Assembly (NCBI GenBank): GCA_002633005.1
Contig: NMRA01000738.1
Span: 1-64,000, forward strand
Direction: 5' to 3'
Length of the DNA stretch: 64,000 bases
Origin: Phoronis australis
Lineage: Eukaryota; Animalia; Phoronida
Below are positions 62,330 to 64,000 of the stretch, piece by piece. Every line of letters begins with the position of its first letter. Positions within the stretch are counted from its first letter, which is position 1. Position numbers and translations under genes: made by a program. A model generated the notes under the pieces. That model made no database searches. It saw only the letters and a list, made by a program, of their open reading frames with translations, and was not told the DNA's origin.

Positions 62330-63102
62330 CTTCGTGGTGGATTTCACGTGTAGTTGAGTGACTCAACAGTTCATTCTGTCTGAAAGAAGTGAAGGCTTCG
62401 GTGACTTCGGTGCAGATATTCATTGTGCAAGTTACTGAATCCTGAGCCGAGATCAACCCTGCTTTAACCCAGCCTGTGTTTGGCCTGGGAACACTGACTG
62501 GATGCTCGAGGTATGTTATCTCTAGAGATATTGTATTGTAGGCCTATTGAAATATAATGCCTAGTCGTCTAAAGCCATTATCTTCACTCTAAACCATCCA
62601 GTTTTTATTCGACTCTCGACATGTTAAATGATCCTTCTTACAGGTAGGGTGTACCTGCCTATAGTTAACCAAATAACAGTTATAATTCTTTATTTTTGTG
62701 ACAGATGTCTGTACCCCAGGACTTAATTGTGGAGATCAGAGGTTTCAAGTTGGGTCATGCTGGCAAATAGAGATTGAATATTCGATGTCTATGATGCCAG
62801 CAACAGTTAACACTTTTGCTATTTGGTGATTCTAATTCATACATTTGGCCAGTTTCAAGATGCGAGTTGCACTATTTGCATCCTGAATGGTCTTCACAGA
62901 AACGTTCTCCATGTTTTGTTTTCTTTTGAAGTGAATTCTATTTGGCAAATCAGTTGAGTGCTAGAGGTATAATAGTCAATAAAATACTTTCAAACTTTGA
63001 ATTGTAAACTCTTTCATCGGTGGTAAAAATTTGTTAGGAGTGAACTGCTCGTTTTTCCAAGTTGCAAGGCTATTCTGGTTTAATGGCGTAAGGAGTATCT
63101 CA

Positions 63103-63269
63103 CATTGGTAGAGGGGGGTCCAGGATTTTTTTAAAAGGGGGGTTGTATCAAGTATTTTTTAAAGGGGGTCCCAGTCAACAATTAGAAAATATTAGATTTG
63201 ATATCACTGTCTAAAATCAAGGGAAAAATGGAGATCCGGACCCCCTTGAACCCCCAGTATGCACCTATG
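63103..63269. mobile_element. Short hAT-like MITE
   Basis: CATTGGTAGA-GGGGGGTCC...GGACCCCC...TGCACCTATG; G-run and C-run subterminal symmetry as in the elements at 17089 and 48292. Confidence 0.45.
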
Positions 63270-64000
63270 CGGTATCGAAGATATTTGAAGACTGTGAGTA
63301 GCTGGAAAAGTTGGCTGAGGGAGAAATGGCCCTTTCCAGGAACCAATCTATGATTTGAATCAAACTCATTCAGCAATCAGCTCGAGTACACAGATGGAGT
63401 CAGTCTATTGAGTGAAAATAATGTAGAACCTCTCCTTGCTGAAAGGCTCGTTCTCTTCCAAAGATTTCAATTTCCTCAAACGAAACGTGAATTATAAAAT
63501 AAAGTTCTACAAAATGCACTTTATGCAGTGAATGTGTCATGTGAAAATGACACTCGTTTCAGGGACGTCGTACTGCAGACCACATGTGAATGTGTTTCCA
63601 GACAGCAAAATTTGAACACCCAGAGTCAAAATATTTTAAATTGATAAACCATTCACAGTGTTTTTCCCCAACTAGTTTCGAGTTCTCGGTGAGGCACAGT
63701 AATAAGCTGTTTGGTGTAGGTAGTTGCTCTCCTTCATGGAGTTTGAAAAACAATTCAATAAGTTAGAACAGTAATTTGTATTTTGTTAAAGGAATTTGGA
63801 CGTTTTGGGTGTCTGGTAACATTTTGATACTAGTTCTTCTTAATTACCAAGGGACAAGGACCTTTGAGCATAGACACTGATTTTGAGCCACACCAGAAAC
63901 ACGCCAAAAATAACAATTGCAGTTGTACTTCCCACATTCTAGGTCCGCCTGTCGATCAAGTTTGAATTTTCTATTGTGGAGTGGGTGATACTGTAACAGG

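Overview
AT-rich, intron- and repeat-dominated animal genomic DNA. It is probably from a bilaterian marine invertebrate, but the taxon cannot be fixed from this window. There are two assembly gaps (9018-9365, 43750-44125). The one well-supported gene is a spliced minus-strand gene: 14 GT-AG exons from ATG at 24637 down to 4713, 1737 nt or 579 aa in frame, open at its 3' end. It encodes a secreted mosaic protein: signal peptide, C-type lectin, 4 EGF/cbEGF, a UMOD/GP2-type D8C/D10C module, then segments resembling VWDE. The rest is mostly non-autonomous DNA transposons, foldback elements and satellites. The most striking structure is a ~3.9 kb nested foldback element in intron 4 (16691-20631), with two convergent tRNA-like Pol III promoter heads at its symmetry centre. 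Other notable items are a satellite carrying a CTCF-like motif in every monomer, a Helentron/DINE-like element, a Kolobok-like element with a decayed P2X7-C-terminus-like ORF, a possible Gypsy pol relic, and a speculative second small spliced minus-strand gene. Almost all ORFs in the supplied track are spurious. All exon calls and alignments were made by eye; no database searches were run.
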